The position numbers and the translations under genes are program-made. The notes below the pieces were generated by a model, which was not told the origin of the DNA, made no database searches, and worked only from the letters and a program-made list of their open reading frames with translations. 64,000 bases of DNA from the NCBI RefSeq assembly GCF_001194135.2, contig NC_068991.1, forward strand, positions 73,166,952 through 73,230,951, given 5' to 3'. Of this stretch, positions 1 through 13,604 are shown piece after piece (positions within the stretch are counted from its first letter, which is position 1; each line of letters opens with the position of its first letter). The stretch comes from Octopus bimaculoides. Lineage: Eukaryota.

Positions 1-1202
1 GCGCATTAAAATTATTCAAATTGTAGAAAGGTATACAACGCCTATATGATTCGAAANNNNNNNNNNNNNNNNNNNNNNNNNNNNNNNNNNNNNNNNNNNN
101 NNNNNNNNNNNNNNNNNNNNNNNNNNNNNNNNNNNNNNNNNNNNNNNNNNNNNNNNNNNNNNNNNNNNNNNNNNNNNNNNNNNNNNNNNNNNNNNNNNNN
201 NNNNNNNNNNNNNNNNNNNNNNNNNNNNNNNNNNNNNNNNNNNNNNNNNNNNNNNNNNNNNNNNNNNNNNNNNNNNNNNNNNNNNNNNNNNNNNNNNNNN
301 NNNNNNNNNNNNNNNNNNNNNNNNNNNNNNNNNNNNNNNNNNNNNNNNNNNNNNNNNNNNNNNNNNNNNNNNNNNNNNNNNNNNNNNNNNNNNNNNNATA
401 TATATATATACAGTTATATATATATATATACAGTTGTATATATATATAATTATATATATATATATATGTCTATATGGAAACATGTATGTGTGTATATTTA
501 TATAATTTATATAACCTCTATACATGCACACATAATTTTCATATTATATATCATATAGACATACTGGGCACGGACCCACATACACACAAACACAATTATA
601 CATATTTATATACGTTGTAATACTTTAAAACATACTACACGTTACTGTACAGATTAAGGACCAATACTCAAACCTTCCAGAACCTTATACTCCGATATTT
701 CACATTTAAGAGTGTCCAAATTTACGTATATTCAGCTTTAGTCTATATGAACGATAAGAGATTCATCAAGTTGAAGTTGGACAAAAGTATAAAAGAATTC
801 AATCTAAAATTGGCCGAAGTAACTTATAACAAGCCCTTGTCCTAAAATGAATACTAAATTCATGCAACAAAAATGAAGACCAACAGGCTCAAAGCTTTGG
901 AAATAGAAGTAAGAAAGAAATGAGAGAAAATAGAGGTTAGTAAAAATAACTGTAAGCTAAGAAAAACTCGTAAGAAACTGATTCTCAGGAGATAGAGGGA
1001 ATCATTGCCGCTGACACGATTGCAGAAATAAGATGAAAATTTCGACAATTTAAGAAATAAAGAAACTGTCAATATGATAGATTGTCTATGATCGCGCCAA
1101 TTGTTAAAATGGTTCTTCTTCTTATACGTGATATGCCATATTCATATATATATAAATATATTTATGTATGTATGTAAATATATATGTATATGTATGTATA
1201 GG

Positions 1203-1261
<59 letters not shown>

Positions 1262-1346
1262 NNNNNNNNNNNNNNNNNNNNNNNNNNNNNNNNNNNNNNN
1301 NNNNNNNNNNNNNNNNNNNNNNNNNNNNNNNNNNNNNNNNNNNNNN

Positions 1347-2504
1347 GCCATTAAGAATGAAATATCCGATTTTCTTATGCATAAATTTTGACAGTCGTTA
1401 ACTCTAATGTCTTATCCTGACAATTCTTTGCTTTACAACATTGAAGAGTTACATCATCATTTTTCGCAATGCAATTCATGGTGTCTGATTATATTCCGCG
1501 TTTTCTCTTGTAAATCAATTTTTGTGAACCCATGGATGGATCAAATGTTCGTGTTGTTTATAAATATGAGATTCGTCGTGGAACCAATGCATCCGACACA
1601 CCTCGAAGCATCAATGAGGCGTTTGATAAAGATGTGGCGAATGAGTGCACAGTACGTCGATGGTTTGGGAAGTTCCGGTCAGGTGATTTTACTGTTAAAA
1701 ATCATCCGCGTGGTAGACATGCCACCAAAGTGGATAATGATGAGCTGGAAACTGTAGTGGAAGTGGATACATCTGAAGCTACGCGAGAGATAGCAGCAAG
1801 GTTTGATGTTTCGATTCCAACTGCACTGGACCATCGGAAGCAAATCGGCAAGGTAAAGAAGCTGGACAAGTGGACACCACACGAACTGAACTAGCATCAA
1901 ATGACACGTGGTCTTGAAATTTACTGTTCTTTGCTGTCACGGCATAACAGTAAACTATTTTCGCATCGTATTGTTACGTGTGATAAAAAAAATGGATTCT
2001 TTTCAATAATAGCAAGAGTTCTGCACGGTGGGTGCATAGAAACGAAGTGCCAAAACACAATCTAAAGAAATATTCACCACCACCCACCCACCCNNNNNNN
2101 NNNNNNNNNNNNNNNNNNNNNNNNNNNNNNNNNNNNNNNNNNNNNNNNNNNNNNNNNNNNNNNNNNNNNNNNNNNNNNNNNNNNNNNNNNNNNNNNNNNN
2201 NNNNNNNNNNNNNNNNNNNNNNNNNNNNNNNNNNNNNNNNNNNNNNNNNNNNNNNNNNNNNNNNNNNNNNNNNNNNNNNNNNNNNNNNNNNNNNNNNNNN
2301 NNNNNNNNNNNNNNNNNNNNNNNNNNNNNNNNNNNNNNNNNNNNNNNNNNNNNNNNNNNNNNNNNNNNNNNNNNNNNNNNNNNNNNNNNNNNNNNNNNNN
2401 NNNNNNNNNNNNNNNNNNNNNNNNNNNNNNNNNNNNNNNNNNNNNNNNNNNNNNNNNNNNNNNNNNNNNNNNNNNNNNNNNNNNNNNNNNNNNNNNNNNN
2501 NNNN

Positions 2505-2540
<36 letters not shown>

Positions 2541-2548
2541 TGTGTGTT

Positions 2549-2579
<31 letters not shown>

Positions 2580-3010
2580 GTGTGTGAGTTTGTGTACATA
2601 TACGTATGTATATATGCATACATATAGAGACTATAATTCTCTTTCAAGACAATGCTCGACCACATGTTGCACAATGAACGCTACTCAAGTTACAGGAACT
2701 GAATTTAGATGTAATCTGCCATCTACCATATTCACCAGACTTTGCACCAACTGACTGTCATGTTTTCCAGGATTAGACAACTTTTTGCAAGGAAAAACTT
2801 AAAATATGAAGATACAAAAACAGAGTTTCGTGATTTCAGCACCTCTTGGTCTCCAGAATTCTTCGCTACCGGCAAAAATAAGCTACCAATAAAATGGCAA
2901 AATGGTGTTGATAATTTAGGTGCGTACTTTGATTAACTGCATTGCTTTTTGTTGAGATAAAGTAAAATAAACTTTCAGTTCAAAAGCAGACATTTCATTC
3001 TTAAAGACCT
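1347..3010 (+). mobile_element. Mariner (DD34D) DNA transposon, defective, interrupted by microsatellite and gap
   Basis: ORF 1532-1894 has the mariner HTH and WTPHEL motif; past the stop it reads ...IVTCD(K/E)KWILFNN (frameshifted). 2640-2936 reads FQDNARPHVAQ*TLLKLQELNLDVICHLPYSPDFAPTD, with 34 residues between the Ds. TIRs: 1347 gccattaagaatgaaatatccgatttt vs reverse complement of 2982-3010 ggtctttaagaatgaaatgtctgctttt. Confidence 0.92.
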
Positions 3011-3589
3011 CACACACACACATTTCACATATATATACATATATACACACATATGTACATATATATATATATATATATATATANNNNNNNNNNNNNNNNN
3101 NNNNNNNNNNNNNNNNNNNNNNNNNNNNNNNNNNNNNNNNNNNNNNNNNNNNNNNNNNNNNNNNNNNNNNNNNNNNNNNNNNNNNNNNNNNNNNNNNNNN
3201 NNNNNNNNNNNNNNNNNNNNNNNNNNNNNNNNNNNNNNNNNNNNNNNNNNNNNNNNNNNNNNNNNNNNNNNNNNNNNNNNNNNNNNNNNNNNNNNNNNNN
3301 NNNNNNNNNNNNNNNNNNNNNNNNNNNNNNNNNNNNNNNNNNNNNNNNNNNNNNNNNNNNNNNNNNNNNNNNNNNNNNNNNNNNNNNNNNNNNNNNNNNN
3401 NNNNNNNNNNNNNNNNNNNNNNNNNNNNNNNNNNNNNNNNNNNNNNNNNNNNNNNNNNNNNNNNNNNNNNNNNNNNNNNNNNNNNNNNNNNNNNNNNNNN
3501 NNNNNNNNNNNNNNNNNNNNNNNNNNNNNNNNNNNNNNNNNNNNNNNNNNNNNNNNNNNNNNNNNTATATACCTTTCTCTTCTTTCAGT

Positions 3590-4060
3590 TTGTCTTACAG
3601 ACTACATGCATTCATATCTGTCTCCTCTTCTATCTGTTCTCTTGTCAAAGGCAATGTTCAATTCCACCAGCCTTCGCTACCCTACCCCTAACCCTAACAA
3701 CCTCCCATGTTTGTTTTCGCTTGGTTTGGTATGTGTCCACTGTCCTGTGTTTGTTACCAACTTTACCCTCTGCAAATCCCAAATTTTATTTGGATTCGCA
3801 GGAGCAACTGCCTTTTCGAAGCCTCATATTGTCATTAATTGCTCGAAATGAGAAGTAGATGGACAGCTGACAACTGAAGAATATATATATATTTGATTTA
3901 TATTTTATTATATAATTAAACGCCATGCATCTGTCAATTTTCTCCAAAGTTGTTATCGAATTCTCCACATACACGTTTAGAGGCTTCTGCCTCGACCGAA
4001 GAAGGCTGCAAAACGAGCTCTTGAAAACCAGTTTGGTATTTAATTGGAATAAAAATGGCT
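3590..4060 (+). repeat. Interspersed repeat of unassigned family (possibly Penelope-like end), homologous to 60326-60590
   Basis: Reverse complement of 3590-3880 (tcttcagttgtcagctgtccatctacttctcatttcgagc...gcgaatcc...gggatttgcagagggtaaagttggtaacaaacacaggac) aligns by eye with 60326-60590. A very degenerate hammerhead-like string (cCGAAGAAgg...GAAAaccagtt) lies at about 3996-4035. Confidence 0.55.
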
Positions 4061-5925
4061 TTTTTTTTTTGTAGAGATTTAGATTCTCTTACGCAAATTT
4101 TCTGTTTGAAATATTTACAAAATAAATTAAATATTTTCGATGTTTTCTTTAAAGTATTTATATTTCTGGGACACTTATGATTATTTTCAATGTTATATTA
4201 TATTTAGAATTGAAATCATTCCAGTACGACCAACCAAGGCTATGAAATATTTGGAAAGTTAGATACGGAAATGACTGTAAACATTAAGATAATCGATTTA
4301 AATCATAAATGTTCCGCCCCTCTTAATAACTGTTATATCTACAGCAGCACAACATTTCAATTTGGTGAGTACTATGAAATTATATAAAAAGTGATAAATT
4401 TAGTGAAATATGCTATTACAGTAGCTGAAAGAATGAATCATATAAATGATCATGATATAAGTAGAAATACTTGTCATGTCTCTATTAGTTGCTTTCATCT
4501 CTATTTTTGAATTGTACTCGATCATTGTATGGAAATAGACGTGAATAAATGAATATGAATTGATGTGAATGAGACCAAGCTTTTCTCTATGCGTACGTCA
4601 ATAACGTTAAATACGACGAAAGGTACGCAATAACGAACGGCATTTTATGTGAGATACAAATCTAACGAAAATATCAATATCACAATGAAAGTTTTCTCAC
4701 GAAATTTTCAACGGTGCTGCACGTAATAGTTAGGTTCGGCACTCATACGTTATTAGAGGGGGGAAAAAAATTTAAGCACAGCTAACAATTTGGGAATTCA
4801 TTTCGAAAATAGTTATAATTCAAATTTAGAAAGTTCAGGTAATGCTTAGTTAAATGAATATTCAATGAAATTAAAAGCTAATGTTTTTCATATCACTGAA
4901 TAAAATCGACCGTATTAATATTTCATGTTTCAATTGATCTTTATAATTTCATGTGCAATATTAATCTGAGTAAAACCTATTATTGTTGTGTATTTGTTTT
5001 ATTTTCCAATTAAATTACTTTTATATTTCCAACCAATATTAAAATAAAATTGATTATTTTTCCTTTATAGCACTTGCATAAAGACATAACGTTTGAAAAC
5101 TACATATTCCAACTTTCAACGATTTGAAATATTTAGAATATTATGAATGCTTCATGCCATTTGCATTATGTATATTGTTGAATTTGCATATCCTTTTTTC
5201 TCTCTTTTCAGAAATAATTTGAAAACTTCTCCTGTCCACTCTAAATGGTACGATCTGACCGTCTAATTCAGTCTCGCTGTCATGTTGAAGAATATTTATT
5301 TGTTTTAATTATGCTCTTCTTGATTTTAGATTAATTAATGCCTTGTATCGTTATTTTAAGGAATTCATTTTTCATTCGACAAGACCAAAACGACGAAAAT
5401 AATAGGAACGCCGTCCTTATTCTAGATAACGTTAATAGATTGTTCTGTTTGGATTAGAATATAAATAAATGCTGAAGTCAAATAGCGTCTGGAAGAACCG
5501 CGCGAATGTGTTTATACAAGACGAATAGTCTATGCCAGGATTATATAGAATAATTGAAGATTAATATATTAGTTGCAACTCAAAATACTTGATGGTTTTA
5601 AGGTAGAAACAATAAGCACTTTATCTAAGTATATTACATTAACTTATGAACTTATTATGAGGTAATGATTGAATTCCATACCAAAATAGTAATTACATAC
5701 TTAACAAATTTTGTGATACATAGCGATTCGTCATACAGACACATACAGATGTTTCATGTCTAAACTAATAGGTATAAGATAGAGACGTAAGATGGCTGAC
5801 TAATGGTGGCTGTTGATCGGATTAAACTATATCCGTTGCAGTCAAGAGACTGAGTGGTGGATGTAAATGTCCATGCTTGTGTTATATATTAATTACGTAA
5901 TGCAGACACGCGCACGCACACACAG

Positions 5926-6029
<104 letters not shown>

Positions 6030-6089
6030 TTACTCGAGTTTTACCTGTCATGTGATTGGTGACTTTAAAAGTATACTTTTCCTACCACT

Positions 6090-8152
6090 TGTAATATCAG
6101 AATATATGGCAAGTTGTTGTGGCGAGTGTCATTGATACCCCACTGGGATTGCAAGGATAGACTGGCCGAACTCTTATAAATAAAAGTAGCGTATTGGTTG
6201 AGGCAGAGATCGGTGAGGGTCGTTGTTCGAATTACTGTGTTGGTCCCATTGCTAGAATGGGGGTAGGGGTTCAATTCCCGTACTCACAATATATCGGATG
6301 CAGCTGTGCAGTGTTAAGTAGCTAGAGGAGATGTCTTTAGGTTAAAAAATCGCACTAAAATCCGTTCCTTCGAAAAACAAGAGTACTAAAAGAGTTCTTA
6401 GTACAACGAAAAACAAGAATGCAATGAATAATAATATCTAAGAGTCAGGCAACAATTACGTTATAATATCTAACAACGAGATGTCTAGGATATAAAAATG
6501 ACAACGAGATATTCGAAACTTGCGACGGAAGTTAAGTTTTTTGGCGGTACGAAATCAAAGAAAAATGATTTACATGGAAGATCTATTAGCTTGCGTGGTG
6601 CAGTTGCAACAGCAACAACAACAGTTAAAACAACAACTACATCGCAACATCAACAATACCAACAGTTACTGGAAGTAATATTGAAGAAGAAAACACTTCA
6701 GGTTCGTTCTCGTCGGATGGCGTAGAAAACACAATTGGAGAATTTATTTATAATCCAGAAGAAGGTACTACTTTTTCTGCATATTTTAGAAGATACGAAG
6801 AAATCTTCAAAGAAAAATGTAAAAATCGGAATGACGAGAAGAATGGGCGACTAATTTTAGTTATCCCCTGCCGAAAACGAAAAATACTGTAATTATATTC
6901 TGCCGAAGTAACCAGGTCAGATGGCCTTTCGATGAAACAATTAAATTGTCATCTAGAAATTTCATTGAAGGAAGTTCCCTATTCAATACTCGTTTGCAAT
7001 GTTTAAATTTAGTTAAAAAAAGATGAAGATTTCGTCACCTATGCTGGCGTCGTTTTCAGGGAGTGTGAAAAATTTAAATTAATTGAATTAACCCCGGATT
7101 TCTTCAAATGTCTAGTTTTTGTTGAAGGATTAACTGCTGATATACGTCCCTATATATTAACAAAATTATAACAGGATCAAAAATTAACTCTACAAGCAGT
7201 GGCTGAAAGATACCAGATAATATTTTCTTTCATTTTGTCCCCCAAAAATAAATTTCAACGTACAACGCAATCTTCGAATATCTCGACGCCACTTTTATGT
7301 CCTTGACAAAACGTTGGATATATATATATAATTTAACGACGCGGAGGTAAATCAATGTGTTCACATTACGTACTTCGTGAGACTCGAAAACGCCCTCTTA
7401 GTGACCTTTTGTCTCAACTAACACGCTAGTCTTTATAAGAGTTCTGCTAGTCCATTCTTCTAATCCCCCATGGGCGTCACTGGTTCTCACCACAACACGC
7501 GGATAAAACTGAAGAAAACGTTTGCTTACAGATACATACGTGTCGACCTATAACGCATAAGAAAAAGGACAAACGAAAATGAAGACTAAATCTATGCTAT
7601 GAGTGCGGAGGTTTACATTTTAGAAGTAATTGTCCTTTTGAGAATTGTAAATGTTTTAAGTGTGGAAAAATTGGACTTAAAAGCTCACGTTGCATAGTGA
7701 AACAGAAAAAAGGTCAAACAAAACAAATTCTAAAAAGAATATACTGTTAACAAAAAATTCTAAGCGTGGCTCATAAAAGAAAATTTGTGTTCATAAAAAC
7801 GAAAAATGTGAATATCAAGTTACAACTGGATACTAGCAGTGATATCCCGATAATTAATGCAGATACAGAGAGAAAAAGAGGGAAAACTACATTAAAGGAA
7901 ACTTCGAAAATTGCGCGATGTGTTTCAGGAAAGAAGTTGCATTTTATGGGTGAAATGGTAAGTGATGTTACATTTCGTGGAAAAACATCGAAAACCAAAG
8001 TTTTTGTGTTGAAAAATACGACAAATTTATTTGGAACAGACTGGATGGAACTATTTAACTTATGGGCTCTCCCCATATATATTTTTTGTAAAAATGTGGA
8101 CGGTTCTTCTGCCAGTTCAAAGAAGGCGTTAGCGGAATTAAAAAAGAATTGA
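6090..8152 (+). mobile_element. Gypsy LTR retrotransposon 5' portion (putative LTR/UTR, gag, aspartic protease); Mag/K02A2.6-like, decayed and truncated before RT
   Basis: Gag starts near 6574 (Q-rich) and reads across frameshifts GEFIYNPEEGTTFSAYFRRYEEIF, SLFNTRLQCLNLVKK, EDFVTYAGVVFRECEKFKL, FFKCLVFVEGL. Zinc knuckles CYECGGLHFRSNC and CFKCGKIGLKSSRC at about 7595-7695. ORF 7766-8152 has retropepsin motifs LQLDTSSDIPII and LFGTDW. About 300 bp of unrelated sequence interrupts gag at roughly 7222-7530. The LTR boundary (TG at 6090) is tentative. Confidence 0.9.
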
Positions 8153-8199
8153 AAAAATTTAACGATATCTATTTTATAAGCAGCACATCTGTCTATACG

Positions 8200-8588
8200 A
8201 TAAATAAAATTCTCTGTGGGTGGAGCATACGTACATAGACGAGGCTACATTTCATACGAATGGCAAAGTCAATAAGCATAATGTTCGCATTTGGGGTGAA
8301 GAAAATCTTGATGTCACAGTGGAGCATGAAAGGGAGTCACCAAAAGTGAATGCGTTCTGCGTCATCTCCAAGGACCGTCTTCATCGCCCGTTTTTCTTTG
8401 AGGGAAACCTAACCAGCGATGTGAAATCGTTCATGGAATCCACATCCCTTTAAATTTCTCATTCACATTTAGAGGAATAAATCTAATGTTGCTCAAAATT
8501 AAGCCTGTTTTATTTCATTCGCTTTGATTACGCAGTTTCTGTGATATTTACATCCCAAATGATATCCAATTTCTTGAAGCACTCTGTA
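8200..8588 (+). mobile_element. Internally deleted Tc1/mariner element of DD41D (rosa/Visitor)-like type
   Basis: ORF 8220-8453 DEATFHTNGKVNKHNVRIWGEEN...ERESPKVNAFCVIS...PFFFEG; the right end ...ttcttgaagcactctg-TA is a CAG(A/G)GTG-type TIR. The third catalytic residue is absent, so the family call rests on motif similarity. Confidence 0.75.
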
Positions 8589-9389
8589 TATGTATGTATA
8601 TGTGTGTGTAGGTGTCTGTGTGTATAAGTGTGTAAGTATGTACACGATCAAATATGCGCTTTGTTTTCTGAGTTGGCAGTGTGCTAACAAAACCCTCGAC
8701 TGTCGTATATGGGGGCAAGACTCATACCTTGCGTACACCTTGATAAGCTCCAATTTCGCCCAACACCAATAAGCGTTTCTGTGCGGTCAACAACCTCCCT
8801 GCTAAACAACACAGTAAACAATCACTTGGAACGCCTGGTAATGACAACCTTAACATTAAATCTTCAAATGAGACTAGCTTCCATATACAACCACCCACAC
8901 ATACGTCTTCTCAAAGCAAGGAGAGGACTAATCTTCGAAATGGAATATACAAAACATGGTCGCTTTCAATAGCACTAAACCAATCACTATATATTTTCAA
9001 AGAAGCCGTACGTCGAATGCGCTTTATTCATTAACTAATCTCAATGACTAATTATACAATCTAGAAAGGCTGAATCTAACTCGTAAATGCACACAAATGC
9101 ACACACATGCATATATATCTGTAGGTGTCTAACAGAGGGTGTATATGATAAACTACGAATAATCCTAACGAGTTTTAACCAGAAGCGATCAAATAGAAGA
9201 GGTTCTATGTCTCACCGTCTGGGAAGCTCGATGGACATCTCTGTCAAATACAACCGTTAACAGAAAAAAAAAAAACAAGAACGCTTAGGAAGGCAAATGG
9301 TGATCACAGATGCACTCAATCAAGGTTAAGGTGGACTAAACAACACCAGTAATTTAGCTTTAAGCATTTGATGTTAATGTGAAGGACAA

Positions 9390-9603
9390 TTCGGTGAGCT
9401 GACAGAATGGTTAGAGTTTGAAGCCATACCTTACGTAATTTCTTCCAACTCTTTAGGTTATGAGTTCCCATACTGCTGTATTCACCCTTGAATTTTATTC
9501 TTTCAGAGACGAGAAAGCATCTAACCACCAAGTCCTGGCGTCGGTGGTATCAATTTACCCCTCCCCACAAAATTGCTGGCCTTGTGAGTGAAGAAGAAAC
9601 AAT
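9390..9603 (+). mobile_element. SINE family A (ggcggcgagctggcagaa... type), degenerate
   Basis: ggtgagctgacagaatggttag...cccctccccacaaaattgctggccttgtg matches better-preserved copies at 44462 and 62723. Confidence 0.65.
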
Positions 9604-9643
9604 TATAAAAGACATCTGTAAGCGACACATTAGGAAATTATTG

Positions 9644-9649
<6 letters not shown>

Positions 9650-9676
<27 letters not shown>

Positions 9677-9721
9677 TATATGTATGTGTTTGAGTGTGTG
9701 TGTGCATGTGTGTGTGTTCAT

Positions 9722-9756
<35 letters not shown>

Positions 9757-9799
9757 GAGAGAGAGAGATAGATAGATAGATATATAGATAGATAGATAT

Positions 9800-9836
<37 letters not shown>

Positions 9837-9840
9837 CAGG
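9650..9840. repeat. Compound microsatellite (TATG)n/(TG)n/(CA)n/(TA)n/(TAGA)n
   Basis: Direct reading. Confidence 0.95.
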
Positions 9841-10324
9841 AGGAGAGTGAGAAATAAAGAGAGGGAGTAAGAAGGTGATAGAGAATATGCAAAGAAGAGA
9901 GATACATCAATATATTGGTACAAATATTGTTTAGGCTTTAGTGTCACATCTCACAATATAAACATATTTACAATTCTCGACAGTACAAGATGTTATATTC
10001 TTTGTTCACGAGGATATTGATGTCTGAAAAGTTTTGTATAGGTTATGTAGCATCTGAATGATTAAAAGATGTTTCCATGGCAAACACATCAACATATATG
10101 TATGTATTAGTATCTCTAGTTATTTACTTATCTGAACTGGCATTCCTAGTTCTTTTGTTGCGATGAATGTTAGTTGTACAACCTTCACACAAACACACGA
10201 ACACACAAATACATAGATGTGGATGTAGATAAAGATATTTATGTGTATGTGTATATCGTCGGATTTAAATTTAAGTCGCACGACATATACCCAACATTTA
10301 ATGATCTGAGCGAACACAGACACA

Positions 10325-10440
10325 CTGACACACTCGCATACAGATACATTCGCACAGAAACACACTCGTACAGAGACATACTCGCACAGAGACACACTCG
10401 CACAGAGACACACACGCGCAGAGACACACTCGCACACGGA
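10325..10440. repeat. Degenerate tandem repeat, unit about 16 bp (cactcgcacagagaca), about 7 copies
   Basis: Direct reading; a CA-microsatellite-derived higher-order unit. Confidence 0.8.
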
Positions 10441-10479
10441 CGCACACCCATAGGTTAATGATATCGAAAAGTTATGTCA

Positions 10480-11210
10480 TATGATGTAATGAGTTCAAAT
10501 CGGATTAAAACTTAACTTAAATATATTTATTCACGCCAAATATAATCGCCATCGTTAGCAATAACATTTTCTCAGCTTGATACGACTTTTCTGATTCCTC
10601 CGGCAGAAGAAAAAAAAGAAAAAGAATGAAATCCTTCAGAAAAAAATGTTTGGAATGTCGACCTCGTACTTGATTCTCCATTGTTTTTTTTCTAGTAAAT
10701 TGTTCAAGTGATCTGAATAAGCGAAAATCTGTTGGTGTTGATTCTGGTGAGCAGGGATGATGAGATAGAGCCTCGCATTATCATAATATTGCATAATGAC
10801 TTCTTTACCAAAGCCGTTTGTTTTTGAGCAATGCTTGATTGACACATTCAAGTTTTTGACAATAAATTTCAGCGAATATTTTTACCATTGTTTTAGTAAC
10901 TCGAAGAGAACAATACCTATTGTATTCCAACAAATTTAAAAAAAAAAACAACAACTTTGGATACAGATCGAACATGGGTGTTGCAGCTGAATCATTCTTT
11001 TGCCGATAACTACCGCTTGTTACGTGTATTGTTGGCATAGATCCTCCACGTCTAAGAAGCTGTCAGAATTGGATTAGCAGAAGGTGTTTGTTTATTCGTG
11101 ATTAGGAAATTGTTGCAGATTGTTGAACGCCCTGCTTTAGCCTAGATGCACAGCTCCTGAGGTACCCACCTGCTTTTTCTATGCAGTTTCACAATCTGCT
11201 TCATATGGTA
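10480..11210 (-). mobile_element. Mariner (DD34D-type) transposase remnant
   Basis: Minus strand across stops and frameshifts: KSRWVPQEL, DLYPK, IFAEIYCQKLECVNQALLK, QYYDNARL, TPTDF-LFRSL, ENVIANDGDY. Confidence 0.8.
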
Positions 11211-11328
11211 TTCACAGCGAACTGAGGGTAATTAAGCCTCTGGTATAAGTTCCCGATAATTTGACTCGGATCCTCTCCAAAATATATTACTTTTAGGTAC
11301 GTAAAATACACGTGCATAAATACATATG

Positions 11329-11402
<74 letters not shown>

Positions 11403-13604
11403 AACACACACGCATATACATATGCATCTAACCGTTTAACTAAAAAGGTTCTTTTCTAGCATTTGAAAAATAAAATATATAAAATAATATAAGAAATCGA
11501 AGTTAGCATTGAAACTATTTATATCAAAATCTCCTGAGCGGATGATTTGTAATGCCAGGTTAGAATTGTTGTTTGGGTGTCTGTTAAAGGAATCGTAATA
11601 AATTGTACAAGTCGCCTGTTAACCAGTAATAACGAGTTGACATTGTTGATTGCATGTTTTGCAAAGTCATTGTAAAAACTTCGTATATGGAAAATAATAA
11701 TAATAATAATTATATGTCGATTTGTATAACAAAATTTTATTCTATTTTATTCTTTGATCAGTAAATGTTATTTTTTATTTGCTTCTATGTAACAATCTAA
11801 GGAAATGACTACAATTCCTTCCAAACTGTTTTTTTTGTGACATGTCCATCAATGTTTTGAAACTGACCTACATTTCAGAAGCAAAAATATCGTTATAGTA
11901 AATCTTCTGCTCAACACCACAGATTTACTTGTCAGCTGCTTGACCATAACCACTTCAACATGTCCCTTAGTGGCTGACAATATTTATATCTCTGATCATG
12001 AGCAGGAGTAGTGGGGGAGCATCATGGCCATGTGTTGAGAAGGGATCATTGGGGCTTGACTAAATGTAACAAAATCAAAGTTTGAAAGAGATATTAGCTA
12101 TTTATCATACTTTCTAACAGTTGGTACCTCGGGACAGAAATCGTGTGACACCGTGCAATCACCTAACGGTATGACTCGAGATAAAGAGTCAACATTATTA
12201 TTGTTTGCATGTGCATCAAAATGATTATGAAAATTGCTATATGTAGCAGATGTTAAAGCTTAAATATAATTTGTATAAGTCGATTATGATGAAATAAGTG
12301 GATGACCTGAAATGACGTGTTAAAATTGCTATTTGAATGATTGTCGAAATGATTATAAAAATGTGTACATGACGATTGTAATCCTGCAATAATTGCAACA
12401 ATATGAAAGGTTCAATGTTAATCAAATAACAGCAATAAGATGTTCGATGGAAAGTTAAAGAAAAGCATTTATCCACAAAATCTAGGAAATAGACATAAAT
12501 TCTCAGAAAGATAGTTAAATTTATTCTCTCAAAATAAAAGCTGCAATATGTGGAGTCTGATTATAACAAGTCAGTATACTCGTCAAAATAGATAGAGAAT
12601 TAACAGTAATATTTTCAGAGACAATCAAATTAATATTATAGTTATAATAGCTAGCAGGCGGTATCATTAATCAAAAATGGTTATACAGAATCCAATATCA
12701 AGTATATTTATGAAGAATATATATCTGGAATGTGGTAAGATATATAACGTTCATATGGACATAGGCAATTTGATATTTTAATATATCAAAAGTATAATGT
12801 AAGAGAAGCTGACGTATTTATATAGCAGATCAGAATTGCCGTTTATGTGTGAATTGAAATGATAGTAAAAATTTGAAAACACAGATTAAATCATGTGATG
12901 CCGTATAATGTAAAGAAACATTTAGGTTTATGCTAGAAAGCGTAGCTAAAATAAGTATATTTTTTTATAAATAGATTTAATAGATACATATCGGTAGTTA
13001 AAAAACTAAAGATTAACTCAGAGAAAACTGGCCGTTGCTTAGCAGCGTCAGAAGATTCCCTGTGTGCGATGTATTCTGTATTCTGGACTAATAACCAAAT
13101 CAAATACCAATTCGGGGTGCCCCGGCTTATATGTTTACATGCTGTGCTGAACCCAGTACCAAATGCTAAGAACTATTTCAAAACACCATATTCCAATCTC
13201 TTTCGTCGTTATCTGTAATGAGTTGTCCAAAGCACCGTACAACCGCTCTCACTGACAGGGCAAGTGCGTTAAGAAAGAAAGAAAGTAAATAAAAATATAT
13301 ATATAAAATATAGGAAATATAGGGTTTTATCAGGTAATGGTCAGTGGAGTTTTTTGAGGTCACTTGAAACTAACAGACCGGAAAGCGTAAAGAAAGCTGG
13401 TGTCCGGTGCAGAAATATACGCTGTGAATCGTTATTAAAGCCTGTTCTATAATTCTCATATCAATTTTTTGCAGCATGTTTATCAAACCTTGGAAAATAT
13501 CTTGCCGTAACATTTGGTAGCCAATAACGGAATAGAAGCTTCTAAGTATACGTTGTGAAGTTATTTCACATACGATATTAAATACACATATGCGTATATA
13601 TGTA

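Noticed and set aside
8630-8960. Possible LINE 5' UTR and endonuclease start (RTNLR..WNIQ-like)
   Set aside because: Needs several assumed indels; too speculative to list as a feature.
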